A stretch of 58,130 nt of DNA from Syntrophorhabdaceae bacterium. Lineage in GTDB: Bacteria > Desulfobacterota > Syntrophorhabdia > Syntrophorhabdales > Syntrophorhabdaceae. Each line of letters starts with the position of its first letter. The stretch's first letter is position 1. Made by a program: the position numbers and the translations under genes. The notes under the pieces were generated by a model, which was not told the DNA's origin, ran no database searches, and saw only the letters and a list, made by a program, of their open reading frames with translations. The stretch spans positions 3,269 to 61,398 of the forward strand of contig JAQTNJ010000001.1 of assembly GCA_028713955.1 (NCBI GenBank). The letters run 5' to 3'. Shown here one piece after another: positions 9,364 through 18,170 of this stretch.

Positions 9364-9440
9364 GTATATCGTATATCGTATATCGAAAAAACCATACCGG
9401 ATGCTCGATACTCATCGCTGGATGCTGGATGCTCGTCTAT
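9364..9440. repeat. 7-nt-phased array (GTATATC x3 perfect, then GAAAAAA CCATACC GGATGCT CGATACT CATCGCT GGATGCT GGATGCT CGTCTAT)
   Basis: Read directly. Same orientation and same two sub-motifs (GTATATC, GATGCTC/GATACTC) as 8088-8199. Confidence 0.8.
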
Positions 9441-9441
9441 T

Positions 9442-11262
9442 TCAAGAGATTGAAGGCGGAAGAAAGGCCTTCATCGCCTCTTCTGTCGCGGGAGAAAATA
9501 GTTCCGGCAGCATCACGGAATAGTGAGGCGAAGAATAAGAAGGGTCTTTTATCCTCTTCTCAGCATCGATCAGTCTTTCCCTCAATTCGTCTACACTGCC
9601 GCAAGGCCTGCCGAACTCCTCAAACCATGCGAGGGGGTCCAGATCGATCTGGGTACTTCTTCCAATCCTTATTACCTCTTTATCCGCCATAACGCAGTCA
9701 AGAACCGCCCCGGTGGCTCCGCTGACAACGATATCGCATGCATTGAGGGCATCATCCATCGCCCCGGTAAAAACCTCTGTTTCCGGCAGGAAATCGCCCC
9801 GGATCTTTTTGATAATGGTCGTCTGCATAGGGTGAGGCTTCAGGATCATCCTGAACCTGTCGATCCCTTCAACGGCCTCCTTAAGCTTGTAAAACAGCTC
9901 CACTACCGTTTCCTTTTCTATAGGCAGGACAAGGAGGATTCTGAATTTTCCGGAGCTGCCGCCGGATGCCTGTCTGATATTGTGGAGATACAAATACCTC
10001 AGTGCTGCGCCGACGACAATACGTTCCCCGGGATAGTTCTCTTTCGCGAGTATGTCCCTGTATCTGCGTCCATTACATATGATCCTGTCGGGCAAAGGCG
10101 CGATGTCTCTTTCCTTCATATCGGTAAAGAAACAGAGCGCATTTGGAGGCGGGGCTATGTGAAAAAAACCATGTACAGCCGTTCCGGGCATGAACTCTCT
10201 TACACCGAGCTGGCTCAGTTTGTCGGTAAAAAGGTTCTCGAATCCGTCCATCACCATCTTCGGCTTTATCCCTTTTTTTGCAAGCCTTTTAAAGAGCAGA
10301 TAATACATCGACTCGAAACGTATAGGCTCGTTCCTGTGGTATTCATTGAACAGGATTGAACAGTCAGCGTCCTTCAGCACAACGGACCGGAATGCAAACC
10401 GGCGTTGCTTCAACCAAATCCGAAACGGGAACAGGTAGTCCCAAATACAATAGTGATCCTGGAGTATAATAAAATGATCTTTATTTGTATGAAAGAATGA
10501 AAAGGCCTTCCAGGTGGAACGGGTGATGTTCCGGTACGAGAAGCTTACAAAGGTCGCCTTGCGGACGTTATTCCTTTTATAGTAATCCGGCAGAATGGTG
10601 AAATAACGGTCCCTGAACTGACCATCAGGTCCAAAACATTTCTCATCAACCCACGTATGGAGGATCACATCGGGATTTTCCAGTGGAGTATACTTGCCGG
10701 TTATAATCGTATGATAAAGTTTGTTAAGCTTAGCAGACAGAAAGACCCCGAGATGGAGAACCAGTTTAAATAAACCTTCCGCAAAGACCCGGACCGGTCC
10801 GTCCTTCAGCGTAAAAGATGTCCTGCTCTCTGCCCTTATCCCTTTCTTCGCTGCAACGGATGAAATATTTTTTATAACGGCATTGCTGTCCGCTATGATG
10901 CACAGATCCTCACCTGAATCCATCACCTGAGAAGCAAGATACACATAGCAGCAGTGGAGAAAAAGGCTGCATGTCATCGTATTGCGCTCCGATATGGTGC
11001 TGGTCCACCATTCGATAGAATGATATTGCGCGCCAAGCCGCGCCGTCACCTCGTAAAATGGTCTTCTCAGGACAGCTGCCGTCTCCTGCAGCCTGCCGCT
11101 TATCTCTTCACAGTCTGCAACACCGTTAAGCCTCGCTTTCAGTTCCAGGACCTTTTCGTAATCGCCTATCAGAGGGTACCACGTCTTTGTACCTGAGCCT
11201 TTTAAAAGACCCGCAATCTTCTCATGGGATAGATCACTGTGGATAAGGATGATTTTGCCCAT
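9442..11262 (-). CDS. uncharacterised large protein, probably a GT-B-like transferase
   Basis: No motif I can name. The C-terminal third (RILLVLPIEKE...ILKPHP...DIVVSGATGAVLDCVMADKEVIRIG) looks like the nucleotide-sugar-binding half of a GT-B fold. It lies immediately downstream of the KdsB-like gene. Confidence 0.35.
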   Translation of the reverse strand: MGKIILIHSDLSHEKIAGLLKGSGTKTWYPLIGDYEKVLELKARLNGVADCEEISGRLQETAAVLRRPFYEVTARLGAQYHSIEWWTSTISERNTMTCSLFLHCCYVYLASQVMDSGEDLCIIADSNAVIKNISSVAAKKGIRAESRTSFTLKDGPVRVFAEGLFKLVLHLGVFLSAKLNKLYHTIITGKYTPLENPDVILHTWVDEKCFGPDGQFRDRYFTILPDYYKRNNVRKATFVSFSYRNITRSTWKAFSFFHTNKDHFIILQDHYCIWDYLFPFRIWLKQRRFAFRSVVLKDADCSILFNEYHRNEPIRFESMYYLLFKRLAKKGIKPKMVMDGFENLFTDKLSQLGVREFMPGTAVHGFFHIAPPPNALCFFTDMKERDIAPLPDRIICNGRRYRDILAKENYPGERIVVGAALRYLYLHNIRQASGGSSGKFRILLVLPIEKETVVELFYKLKEAVEGIDRFRMILKPHPMQTTIIKKIRGDFLPETEVFTGAMDDALNACDIVVSGATGAVLDCVMADKEVIRIGRSTQIDLDPLAWFEEFGRPCGSVDELRERLIDAEKRIKDPSYSSPHYSVMLPELFSPATEEAMKAFLPPSIS

Positions 11263-11269
11263 AAAAGGT

Positions 11270-12007
11270 CTACATGTACCTGGACTTGATCGTATCGTGC
11301 TTCATAAGCTCTCTCACGATGGCGAGGTCTTCGCCGGTATCGACGCTTATCTTCGCGTCATCGATCATAACGGCACGCATCTTTACGCCATGCTCCAGTA
11401 CCCTGAGATATTCATTATATTCTATTGTCTCGAGAGGAGTGGGCTCCCATCCCGAGTATTGCAGCAAAAACTCCTTTCTGAAGGGAACGATAAAACACAT
11501 CTTCAGCATCTTCTCTACCGGGGTCCTGGCATCACTCGGCAGGTCGGTCCTTGAACAGTACATGATGTTTCCGTCAAGGTCCAGCACCGCCTTGATGTCC
11601 GAAGAACTATTCTTTTTTGAGTATGGCGTTACACCGACGGCTATCATTACCTCCGGGTCATGAAGCAGAGGTCCCACAATGGCATCAATATGCTCAGGAT
11701 CAACAAGGGGCTCATCTCCCTGGACGTTTACGACAATGTCGCAATCAACATATGCGCACGCCTCGGCAAGCCTGTCCGAACCGCTCCTATGGTGTGTCCC
11801 TGTCATTATTACATTGACACCATGCGCCTCTCCTGCCTGTCTGATCTTCTCGTTGTCCGTAACAAGATACACCTCGTCAAGCCTCTTCGAAAGCTGTGCC
11901 CTTTTACAGGTATGGATAACCATCGGCCGCCCTTCGATATCGATCAGCGCCTTCTCCGGAAGACGGCTCGACTGAAGCCGTGCAGGGATCATACCCACTA
12001 CTTTCAT
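11270..12007 (-). CDS. kdsB: KdsB-family cytidylyltransferase (CMP-3-deoxy-ulosonate synthetase-like)
   Basis: MIPARLQSSRLPEKAL and VVNVQGDEPLV motifs; 245 aa. The symbol is family-level only, because the context suggests a substrate other than KDO. Confidence 0.65.
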   Translation of the reverse strand: MKVVGMIPARLQSSRLPEKALIDIEGRPMVIHTCKRAQLSKRLDEVYLVTDNEKIRQAGEAHGVNVIMTGTHHRSGSDRLAEACAYVDCDIVVNVQGDEPLVDPEHIDAIVGPLLHDPEVMIAVGVTPYSKKNSSSDIKAVLDLDGNIMYCSRTDLPSDARTPVEKMLKMCFIVPFRKEFLLQYSGWEPTPLETIEYNEYLRVLEHGVKMRAVMIDDAKISVDTGEDLAIVRELMKHDTIKSRYM

Positions 12008-12054
12008 CTGTTCGATTCCTCCCTTGACCTTTATCTTATTTTCATCACTGGTGA

Positions 12055-12849
12055 CTATTTACGTTCTTTTGCGAAAGCGATTTTGTAAAAAGACTCAAAC
12101 GCATGGAACAGGATCGTGCAATCGGGCATCAATGTGATGAACTGCATCCCCAGTTTGGTCATCCATTGAATATCCGTATCGTTCTTTGCCACATAACCGC
12201 CGGCAGCGATCCCTTTTCCCCTTATCTTTTTAATACAGACCTCAAGTTGTTTTCTGACCTCCGGATGGTCCACCTGCCCGGGATAACCGATGGCCTGCGA
12301 CAGGTCGTATGCGCCAATATAGATAACGTCGATCTTTTTGCGGATATCTTTTATGGACAGGATATCGTCAAGGTTGCCGATCCCGCCTTTTCCTTCAAGG
12401 AGAAGGATTATCATCGTCTTCCTGTTCTGTTTAACTGCATGGTTTCTGACATTGTGGAGCGAATATCCCCCTGCCCTTGTAAAGGGTGAAAAGCCGCGCT
12501 GTCCTACGGGGAAATATTTGGCATACGATATCGCCTCTTCAGCGTCTTGTCTTGATTCTATATGGGGGACGATCACGCCCGCGGCGCCTATATCGAGGGC
12601 GCTCAGTATCAATGACTCATCGTTCTTCGCCACGCGCACGATCGCCGCGCAGCCCTCAACCTCAGCTGACCTTATCATGTCCTCTACGGTTTCAAAGCCC
12701 TGGGGGCCGTGTTCCATGTCGATGATAACGAAATCGATCCCTGTTGCAGCGATGATATTGATCGTCGACGGCGACGGGATAACGCACCATGGACCATAGA
12801 CGACCTTCCCCTTTTTCAAAGAATCCTTAAGGCTCATTTTTTTCTTCAT
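12055..12849 (-). CDS. HpcH/HpaI-family class II (pyruvate) aldolase
   Basis: GIDFVIIDMEHGP and VRV...D...ILSALDIGAAGVIVPHIES pattern; 264 aa. Confidence 0.75.
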   Translation of the reverse strand: MKKKMSLKDSLKKGKVVYGPWCVIPSPSTINIIAATGIDFVIIDMEHGPQGFETVEDMIRSAEVEGCAAIVRVAKNDESLILSALDIGAAGVIVPHIESRQDAEEAISYAKYFPVGQRGFSPFTRAGGYSLHNVRNHAVKQNRKTMIILLLEGKGGIGNLDDILSIKDIRKKIDVIYIGAYDLSQAIGYPGQVDHPEVRKQLEVCIKKIRGKGIAAGGYVAKNDTDIQWMTKLGMQFITLMPDCTILFHAFESFYKIAFAKERK

Positions 12850-12866
12850 AGTCTTTAGCCCTCTGA

Positions 12867-13625
12867 TTAATTTACTATCTCTATCTTCGAAACGTCTTCG
12901 ACAACATAAGGGGTGATGCCTTTCAGTTGTTCCTTCGTTGCAAGACCTGTCAGGACGCCGATCGATACCTTTAAGCCGGCGTTGACCCCCATCTGCACAT
13001 CTGTCATCGCGTCACCGACCATGATCGCATTGCTGCGGTCTATTGCAAGGGCATTCAGGATAAAATTGATCTGTTCGGGATCCGGCTTGGGCCGCGAGAC
13101 ATCATCTGCCCCGACAACCAGATCAATTATGTCTGCGAAGCCAAGGCATTTCATCGCGAGTATTGCCCGTTCCCGACGGTCAATCGTCGCAATCGCCGTT
13201 TTGCATCCACAGCGAGAGGCATTCCGGAGAAGCCTTTCTGCGCCGTCTATGGGCCTGACAAACTGTTGAAGGTTTTTTGAAGAGATGTCGTCGGCCTGCT
13301 GAAAGACATTAAAGCAAAGATCGTAGACACCGTTGTATCCGGCATTGTTCAGGTAATCCACAACAGTCTGGAGCACTATTTCGCGTTTTTTCAGACCCAC
13401 AGGACCATCAGGTCTCAAACGACCCGTCTTCAGGTCGGCCCCCATCAAATACGCAATCTTCCCAAGATGATCTTTATCGAGCTTGAGGTTTTCGCATATC
13501 AGCGCTGCCCGCAGGCCCACCATCTGCGTCCAGTAATAGTGGAGCTCCATCAAGGTCCCGTCCTTATCAAAGATAAGTAACCCTATATCCGCAATCACTT
13601 CATTATTTACCCTGATGTCCGCCAT
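12867..13625 (-). CDS. HAD-superfamily phosphatase
   Basis: Motif I LIFDKDGTL and motif IV MVGDAMTDVQMG. Confidence 0.8.
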   Translation of the reverse strand: MADIRVNNEVIADIGLLIFDKDGTLMELHYYWTQMVGLRAALICENLKLDKDHLGKIAYLMGADLKTGRLRPDGPVGLKKREIVLQTVVDYLNNAGYNGVYDLCFNVFQQADDISSKNLQQFVRPIDGAERLLRNASRCGCKTAIATIDRRERAILAMKCLGFADIIDLVVGADDVSRPKPDPEQINFILNALAIDRSNAIMVGDAMTDVQMGVNAGLKVSIGVLTGLATKEQLKGITPYVVEDVSKIEIVN

Positions 13626-14634
13626 TAATAGCCTCTATATTCGATATTACCAATTGTTCAGCGATCGATATCGCTTCCTTCATAATGTCGATATTTGAAT
13701 CAAAATCTTCCATTGTCACATATCTTTTTACGATCTTTCTGGCAAAACTCCCTATTGCAACGCCGTGGGCATTCACGCCGCACTGCCTTGCAAGCAGACC
13801 TGTTTTACTGTTTGTTCCACCTGACAAAAGAACGATAACGGGGATGCCGCTTTTCATTACAACATCAGCACATGCAATGGCCTGGAGGGTCGTATTGTAG
13901 TCGTCGCCCTCTCCACTCATAGGTACGCCGTCTGCCTGCACTATCATTCGGCCACCTGTTATACCGTATAATCGCTTGATCCTCTCGATGAGGTGCCTGT
14001 TTGACAATAGCGACCTGTCGAGGCAGACGCTGATAAAATTATCAGTAATGATCTTGTTCAAAAGCATCCAGTCATGCATCACCGCCCCATCATCGGCGGT
14101 AACCGCGTGGAGCTCCATTGTCTCCACTCCGCTCTTCGCGCATTCCGGCAGTATGTTTTCAAAATCAGCAAGTTTATGAAGATATTTGATCGCGTCTGAG
14201 GGACAGACCTTCTCGCAATCTCCGCACCCTATGCACTTGAACTCCATGACCGAATAGTCCTCTGTAATAGCGTTCTGTCTGCAAACCTTCACGCACTCGC
14301 CGCATTCCACGCAAACGTTACGGTCGATCGTCGCCTTACGAACGTGCGGATCACCCTTCAAACCGATACTGACATTCAGGTATGGTCTTATCTCTATTTT
14401 TTTTCCCAGCATAGGTGCAAGTTCGTAAGCCCTTTCAATACCCTTCTTCGCGGCTTCAACAACGTCAATGTTCGCAGACAGGTCGTGCATTGACACACCG
14501 GCGAGCGTATATATCGTTGCAAGCCTCCTCACCTCCGTGAGGTCCTCGTTCCCTGCGCCGCAGACAAGTTTAAAGAATTTCTTTTCACGGAAAATATTTT
14601 TTAAAATATCATAGCGTTCATTGTTCATGCTCAT
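13603..14634 (-). CDS. 4Fe-4S dicluster protein (possibly an LdpA/DUF561-like barrel with a ferredoxin insert)
   Basis: CVECGECVKVC and CIGCGDCEKVCP cysteine clusters in the middle. FKLVCGAGNED lies near the N-terminus. The family assignment is from memory only. Confidence 0.5.
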   Translation of the reverse strand: MSMNNERYDILKNIFREKKFFKLVCGAGNEDLTEVRRLATIYTLAGVSMHDLSANIDVVEAAKKGIERAYELAPMLGKKIEIRPYLNVSIGLKGDPHVRKATIDRNVCVECGECVKVCRQNAITEDYSVMEFKCIGCGDCEKVCPSDAIKYLHKLADFENILPECAKSGVETMELHAVTADDGAVMHDWMLLNKIITDNFISVCLDRSLLSNRHLIERIKRLYGITGGRMIVQADGVPMSGEGDDYNTTLQAIACADVVMKSGIPVIVLLSGGTNSKTGLLARQCGVNAHGVAIGSFARKIVKRYVTMEDFDSNIDIMKEAISIAEQLVISNIEAINGGHQGK

Positions 14635-16349
14635 ATATAATTCTCTATCCCCTTAAAGAACGCCTTATACCCTGTCGGGGTGAGGATATGGATGCCCTCT
14701 TTCCCCTGGTGGATCAGGTAGGCATCGATTTGTTCAAGAAAGAGCTGGTTGAAGCGGTGACGCTCGATAACGAGGTCCCTTTCCTCAGGCTCCACCTTCT
14801 CGTCATAGAAGTGGAACCCGCCTGTCGCATCTGCGCCGATGTACCCATCAAGGCCCACGGCGAATATCCGTTCTGCGCCCATGACGATGGCGATGCCCAT
14901 CAAGAGCACAGAGATGGTCCTGCAGTTTGACTGGATGATCCCGTCGACGATGCCGAAGTCACCGAGGGTATCTTCAAAATAGAGGGTCTCATAGGGGCGT
15001 GCCGTATACTCGCGTACCATCTCCTCGGGGATGTTTTCGCCTATCATAAGGATTGAGTCCTTTTCGACGGTATCGACGTAGTCGGTGAAGCGCTTCTTGT
15101 TGTTGAAGGCATGGTAATGAGGGGTAAAAAAACCGGAGATATAATTGGCGCCGAGGATGATGGGATTATGTTTTTTGATAAAGGCCTCTATTCTGGGCCG
15201 ATACTCCTTCAGGGTGGGGCCGTTTGCAAGGATCAGAAACTCCCTCCCCGCGTGGCGGTCCTTATAGGGGACTCCCCCATCGATGCTCCGTTCAGGGGTT
15301 ACTGCCTTCTCGGGTGCGGAGGGTGTTGAACTTTTGTGCTGTGTGCTCCCTATCATGCCGCTTTTGATTATGTCGTTGAGGATATCCTTTGAAAAACCTA
15401 CGGGGTTGATCTTCTTTACGATCTCAAGGGCACTCCATATGTCTTCCATGGAATATTCGCGGTAGTCGACAAGCGTCTTCGGATAGTAGGGATGGCACTG
15501 GAAGATGCCGGAAAGCATATAGGGAAGCTGGTATCCCCATGGCTCGTCGGTATCGATGTTCATGAAAAACCGGTCGATGACATGGAGGACCGGGATCACA
15601 TTATACTTGTCGGTCGTCGAGAGCTGGAGGTAAGAGAGAAGGACCTCGGTGGGGAGGTTTCCTGCGCCCCTGCCCATCCCGTATATCGTCGAATCCACGA
15701 TGTCAATGCCGCATTTGATCGCCTCCAGAGTATTGGCAAATGCCATCTGGAGACCGTTATGAGGATGGAATCCCACCTTGATGTGTTTCAGTTCCTGGAA
15801 GGGCTCGATGAGGGGCCGCATCTGGTCAGGCAGGATCGAACCATAGCTGTCGGCGATATAGACGTAATCGATGGATGAGTCCTTGAGGACGGTGACCAGT
15901 TCCCTGATCTCGTCTCGTGTATAGCTCGTGATCCCCATGGCCTGGAGGGAAACCAGAAAACCTTTCTTCCGGATAGCCTCAAGCTGTTTTATCGCATTGA
16001 AAGCACCGTCCTTGTGGACGGCAATCCTGACGAGGCTCACGTACTGGCAATAGTCGTCGGTGATGTCATCCGTGTCGAGTTTGCCGAAATCGCCCATGAT
16101 TGCGACCTTTGCCCCGTTTATCCCCTGCACCACATCCCTGAGGTCATCGATATCGGTAAACCTCCAGGGGCCGAACTGATCTCTTTTGAAATATTTCTCG
16201 GTGCCGCGGAAGCCGATCTCTACGATATCGATCCCTGCCTTCGAGAGGGCACGGTAGACCTCGCGGACCATCCTTTTATCGAAGCGCCAGTTGTTGAGGT
16301 ACCCGCCGTCGCGGATGGTACAGTCTAAGATCTCATAGTTCAGACTCAT
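14631..16349 (-). CDS. fusion protein: N-terminal HMGL-like (DmpG-type pyruvate aldolase/carboxyltransferase) TIM barrel plus C-terminal DUF115/MptE-like (Maf-type) domain
   Basis: N-terminal half: LDCTIRDGGY, GFHPHNGLQMAFANTLEAIKCG, DSTIYGMGRGAGNLPTE. C-terminal half: FLILANGPTLKEY...ILGANY...AVGLDGY. Confidence 0.6.
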   Translation of the reverse strand: MSLNYEILDCTIRDGGYLNNWRFDKRMVREVYRALSKAGIDIVEIGFRGTEKYFKRDQFGPWRFTDIDDLRDVVQGINGAKVAIMGDFGKLDTDDITDDYCQYVSLVRIAVHKDGAFNAIKQLEAIRKKGFLVSLQAMGITSYTRDEIRELVTVLKDSSIDYVYIADSYGSILPDQMRPLIEPFQELKHIKVGFHPHNGLQMAFANTLEAIKCGIDIVDSTIYGMGRGAGNLPTEVLLSYLQLSTTDKYNVIPVLHVIDRFFMNIDTDEPWGYQLPYMLSGIFQCHPYYPKTLVDYREYSMEDIWSALEIVKKINPVGFSKDILNDIIKSGMIGSTQHKSSTPSAPEKAVTPERSIDGGVPYKDRHAGREFLILANGPTLKEYRPRIEAFIKKHNPIILGANYISGFFTPHYHAFNNKKRFTDYVDTVEKDSILMIGENIPEEMVREYTARPYETLYFEDTLGDFGIVDGIIQSNCRTISVLLMGIAIVMGAERIFAVGLDGYIGADATGGFHFYDEKVEPEERDLVIERHRFNQLFLEQIDAYLIHQGKEGIHILTPTGYKAFFKGIENYI

Positions 16350-18157
16350 CCCTTCTCCTCTCCTTTTTCCCTTTGGTATAGGGCATTATAATAGCCATCC
16401 TTTGCAAGAAGCTCCGTATGCGTTCCCTCTTCCACGATCTCACCTTGTTTCATAACGAATATCCTGTCTGCATGCTCGATGGTCGAAAGCCTGTGGGCTA
16501 TAATGACCGTCGTCCTGTTCTTTTCCACCTCTCTCAATGAATCCTGTATCACCTTTTCCGATATATTGTCGAGGGAGCTTGTAGCCTCATCGAGGATGAG
16601 GATCTCGGGATTCTTTATGACTGCCCTCGCGATGGCTATCCTCTGGCACTGACCTCCCGACAGCGTGATGCCCCTGTCGCCGACAATCGTGTCGTATCTC
16701 TCAGGAAGCTCCGCGATAAACTGGTGGGCGTTGGCGATCCTTGCCGCATCAATGATCTCCTTCTCTGTGGCATCAAGCTTGCCGATCCTGATGTTATCCC
16801 TGACAGAGGCATGGAATATGAATGTATCCTGGCTCACCATGCTCAGGTGCTTCAGCCATGAAGAGCGTGAGTAATCCTGATAATCGATCCCGTCAACAAG
16901 CACCTGTCCCGATGAGGGCCCGTACAGACGAAGCAACAGGTCGGCCAGCGTTGACTTTCCTGATCCGGACTCTCCTACAATGGCAATCGTTCTGTTTCTC
17001 GGTATGGTGATATCGATATCTTTGAGGACATTTGCCCTCGTGGGATAAGAGAATGATACATGGCTCAGTTTCATTTCACCCGTTAAACCCTGGAAATCCT
17101 TCCCGCCGTCATCCGTATCATATTCCGTGTCAGCCAGTGTCTCGTAGGTAAGACGAATACGTGGAGCAAGGCCTTTAAGCCCCATCCATTGATGCGCTAT
17201 CTCCTTGACGGAAGGCATGAGCCTCATAAGTGCACCGACATAAACAATGATGATAGGGAATATCTTCATGAAATCATCGGGCATATAGAGTTTTGCGTAG
17301 ATGATCGCGAGGATCGTACTGAGGGAACCGACCGATAATATCAGATGTGAGGAAAAATACGCCGGTGCAGTATAGGTAAATTGCTGTTTCCTTGCAACGG
17401 TCAACTCTTTCCTCAGTTTCTCAAACCAGTACCTGTAATTGTCGAAGAGTTTTATCTGCCTTATCCCTGAGATCGATTCTGAAAATAGCGTCGTGATATT
17501 CGCATACGCTATCTGCGCTCTTTGAGCGGAAGGATTGATGATCTTGTTGGAAAGCACATAGACGATCACGCTGAATGCGGCAATAACGATGTACATAAGG
17601 AGGGTAAATTTTATTGATATCGTCAGCAGAAGTACTGTTATGATCGCGATCCTGAAAAATTCCACACCGGCCTTGGGAAAGTAAAAGAACATCTCTCCCA
17701 CCGATCCCGACGCCTCCCTGCCGATATACATCAGCTCTCCGTGCTTCCTGGTGTGGAAATAGCTATACTGGTTCAGCAATATCTTCCGGAAGATCCTGTT
17801 CTGCAAATCAGTGTAAAGCTGCAGATGATACCAGAGGGCAGCGCTTTCCGATATGATCCCGAATATCCGGCTCAATATGATCAATATAAGAAGCAGTAAA
17901 CTCGCGGCGACGAGCGCATCGCTGACAGGGAGAAATGATGAAGCCGAATCGAGGTATTCAAGTATTTTCCCACCGTACTGCGCTGCCGAGCCTGTTTTTG
18001 AAAGGATCCTGCTCAGAAAGGGATAAAGGGCGCCAACGCTGAGCGTCTCCAGGAGGGCATAGATAAAAAGCAACAGGAATACAAAAAGGGCCTTGAGCCA
18101 ATAGGGCCTCAGGAACCAGACCATGATCTGAATATCACTCAGTTGTTTTTTCTGCAT
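16346..18157 (-). CDS. fused TMD-NBD ABC exporter (MsbA/PglK-like)
   Basis: Six N-terminal helices. Walker A GESGSGKST, signature LSGGQCQRIAIARA, Walker B ILILDEATS. Confidence 0.9.
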   Translation of the reverse strand: MQKKQLSDIQIMVWFLRPYWLKALFVFLLLFIYALLETLSVGALYPFLSRILSKTGSAAQYGGKILEYLDSASSFLPVSDALVAASLLLLILIILSRIFGIISESAALWYHLQLYTDLQNRIFRKILLNQYSYFHTRKHGELMYIGREASGSVGEMFFYFPKAGVEFFRIAIITVLLLTISIKFTLLMYIVIAAFSVIVYVLSNKIINPSAQRAQIAYANITTLFSESISGIRQIKLFDNYRYWFEKLRKELTVARKQQFTYTAPAYFSSHLILSVGSLSTILAIIYAKLYMPDDFMKIFPIIIVYVGALMRLMPSVKEIAHQWMGLKGLAPRIRLTYETLADTEYDTDDGGKDFQGLTGEMKLSHVSFSYPTRANVLKDIDITIPRNRTIAIVGESGSGKSTLADLLLRLYGPSSGQVLVDGIDYQDYSRSSWLKHLSMVSQDTFIFHASVRDNIRIGKLDATEKEIIDAARIANAHQFIAELPERYDTIVGDRGITLSGGQCQRIAIARAVIKNPEILILDEATSSLDNISEKVIQDSLREVEKNRTTVIIAHRLSTIEHADRIFVMKQGEIVEEGTHTELLAKDGYYNALYQREKGEEKG

Positions 18158-18170
18158 GGGACTTTATGGT

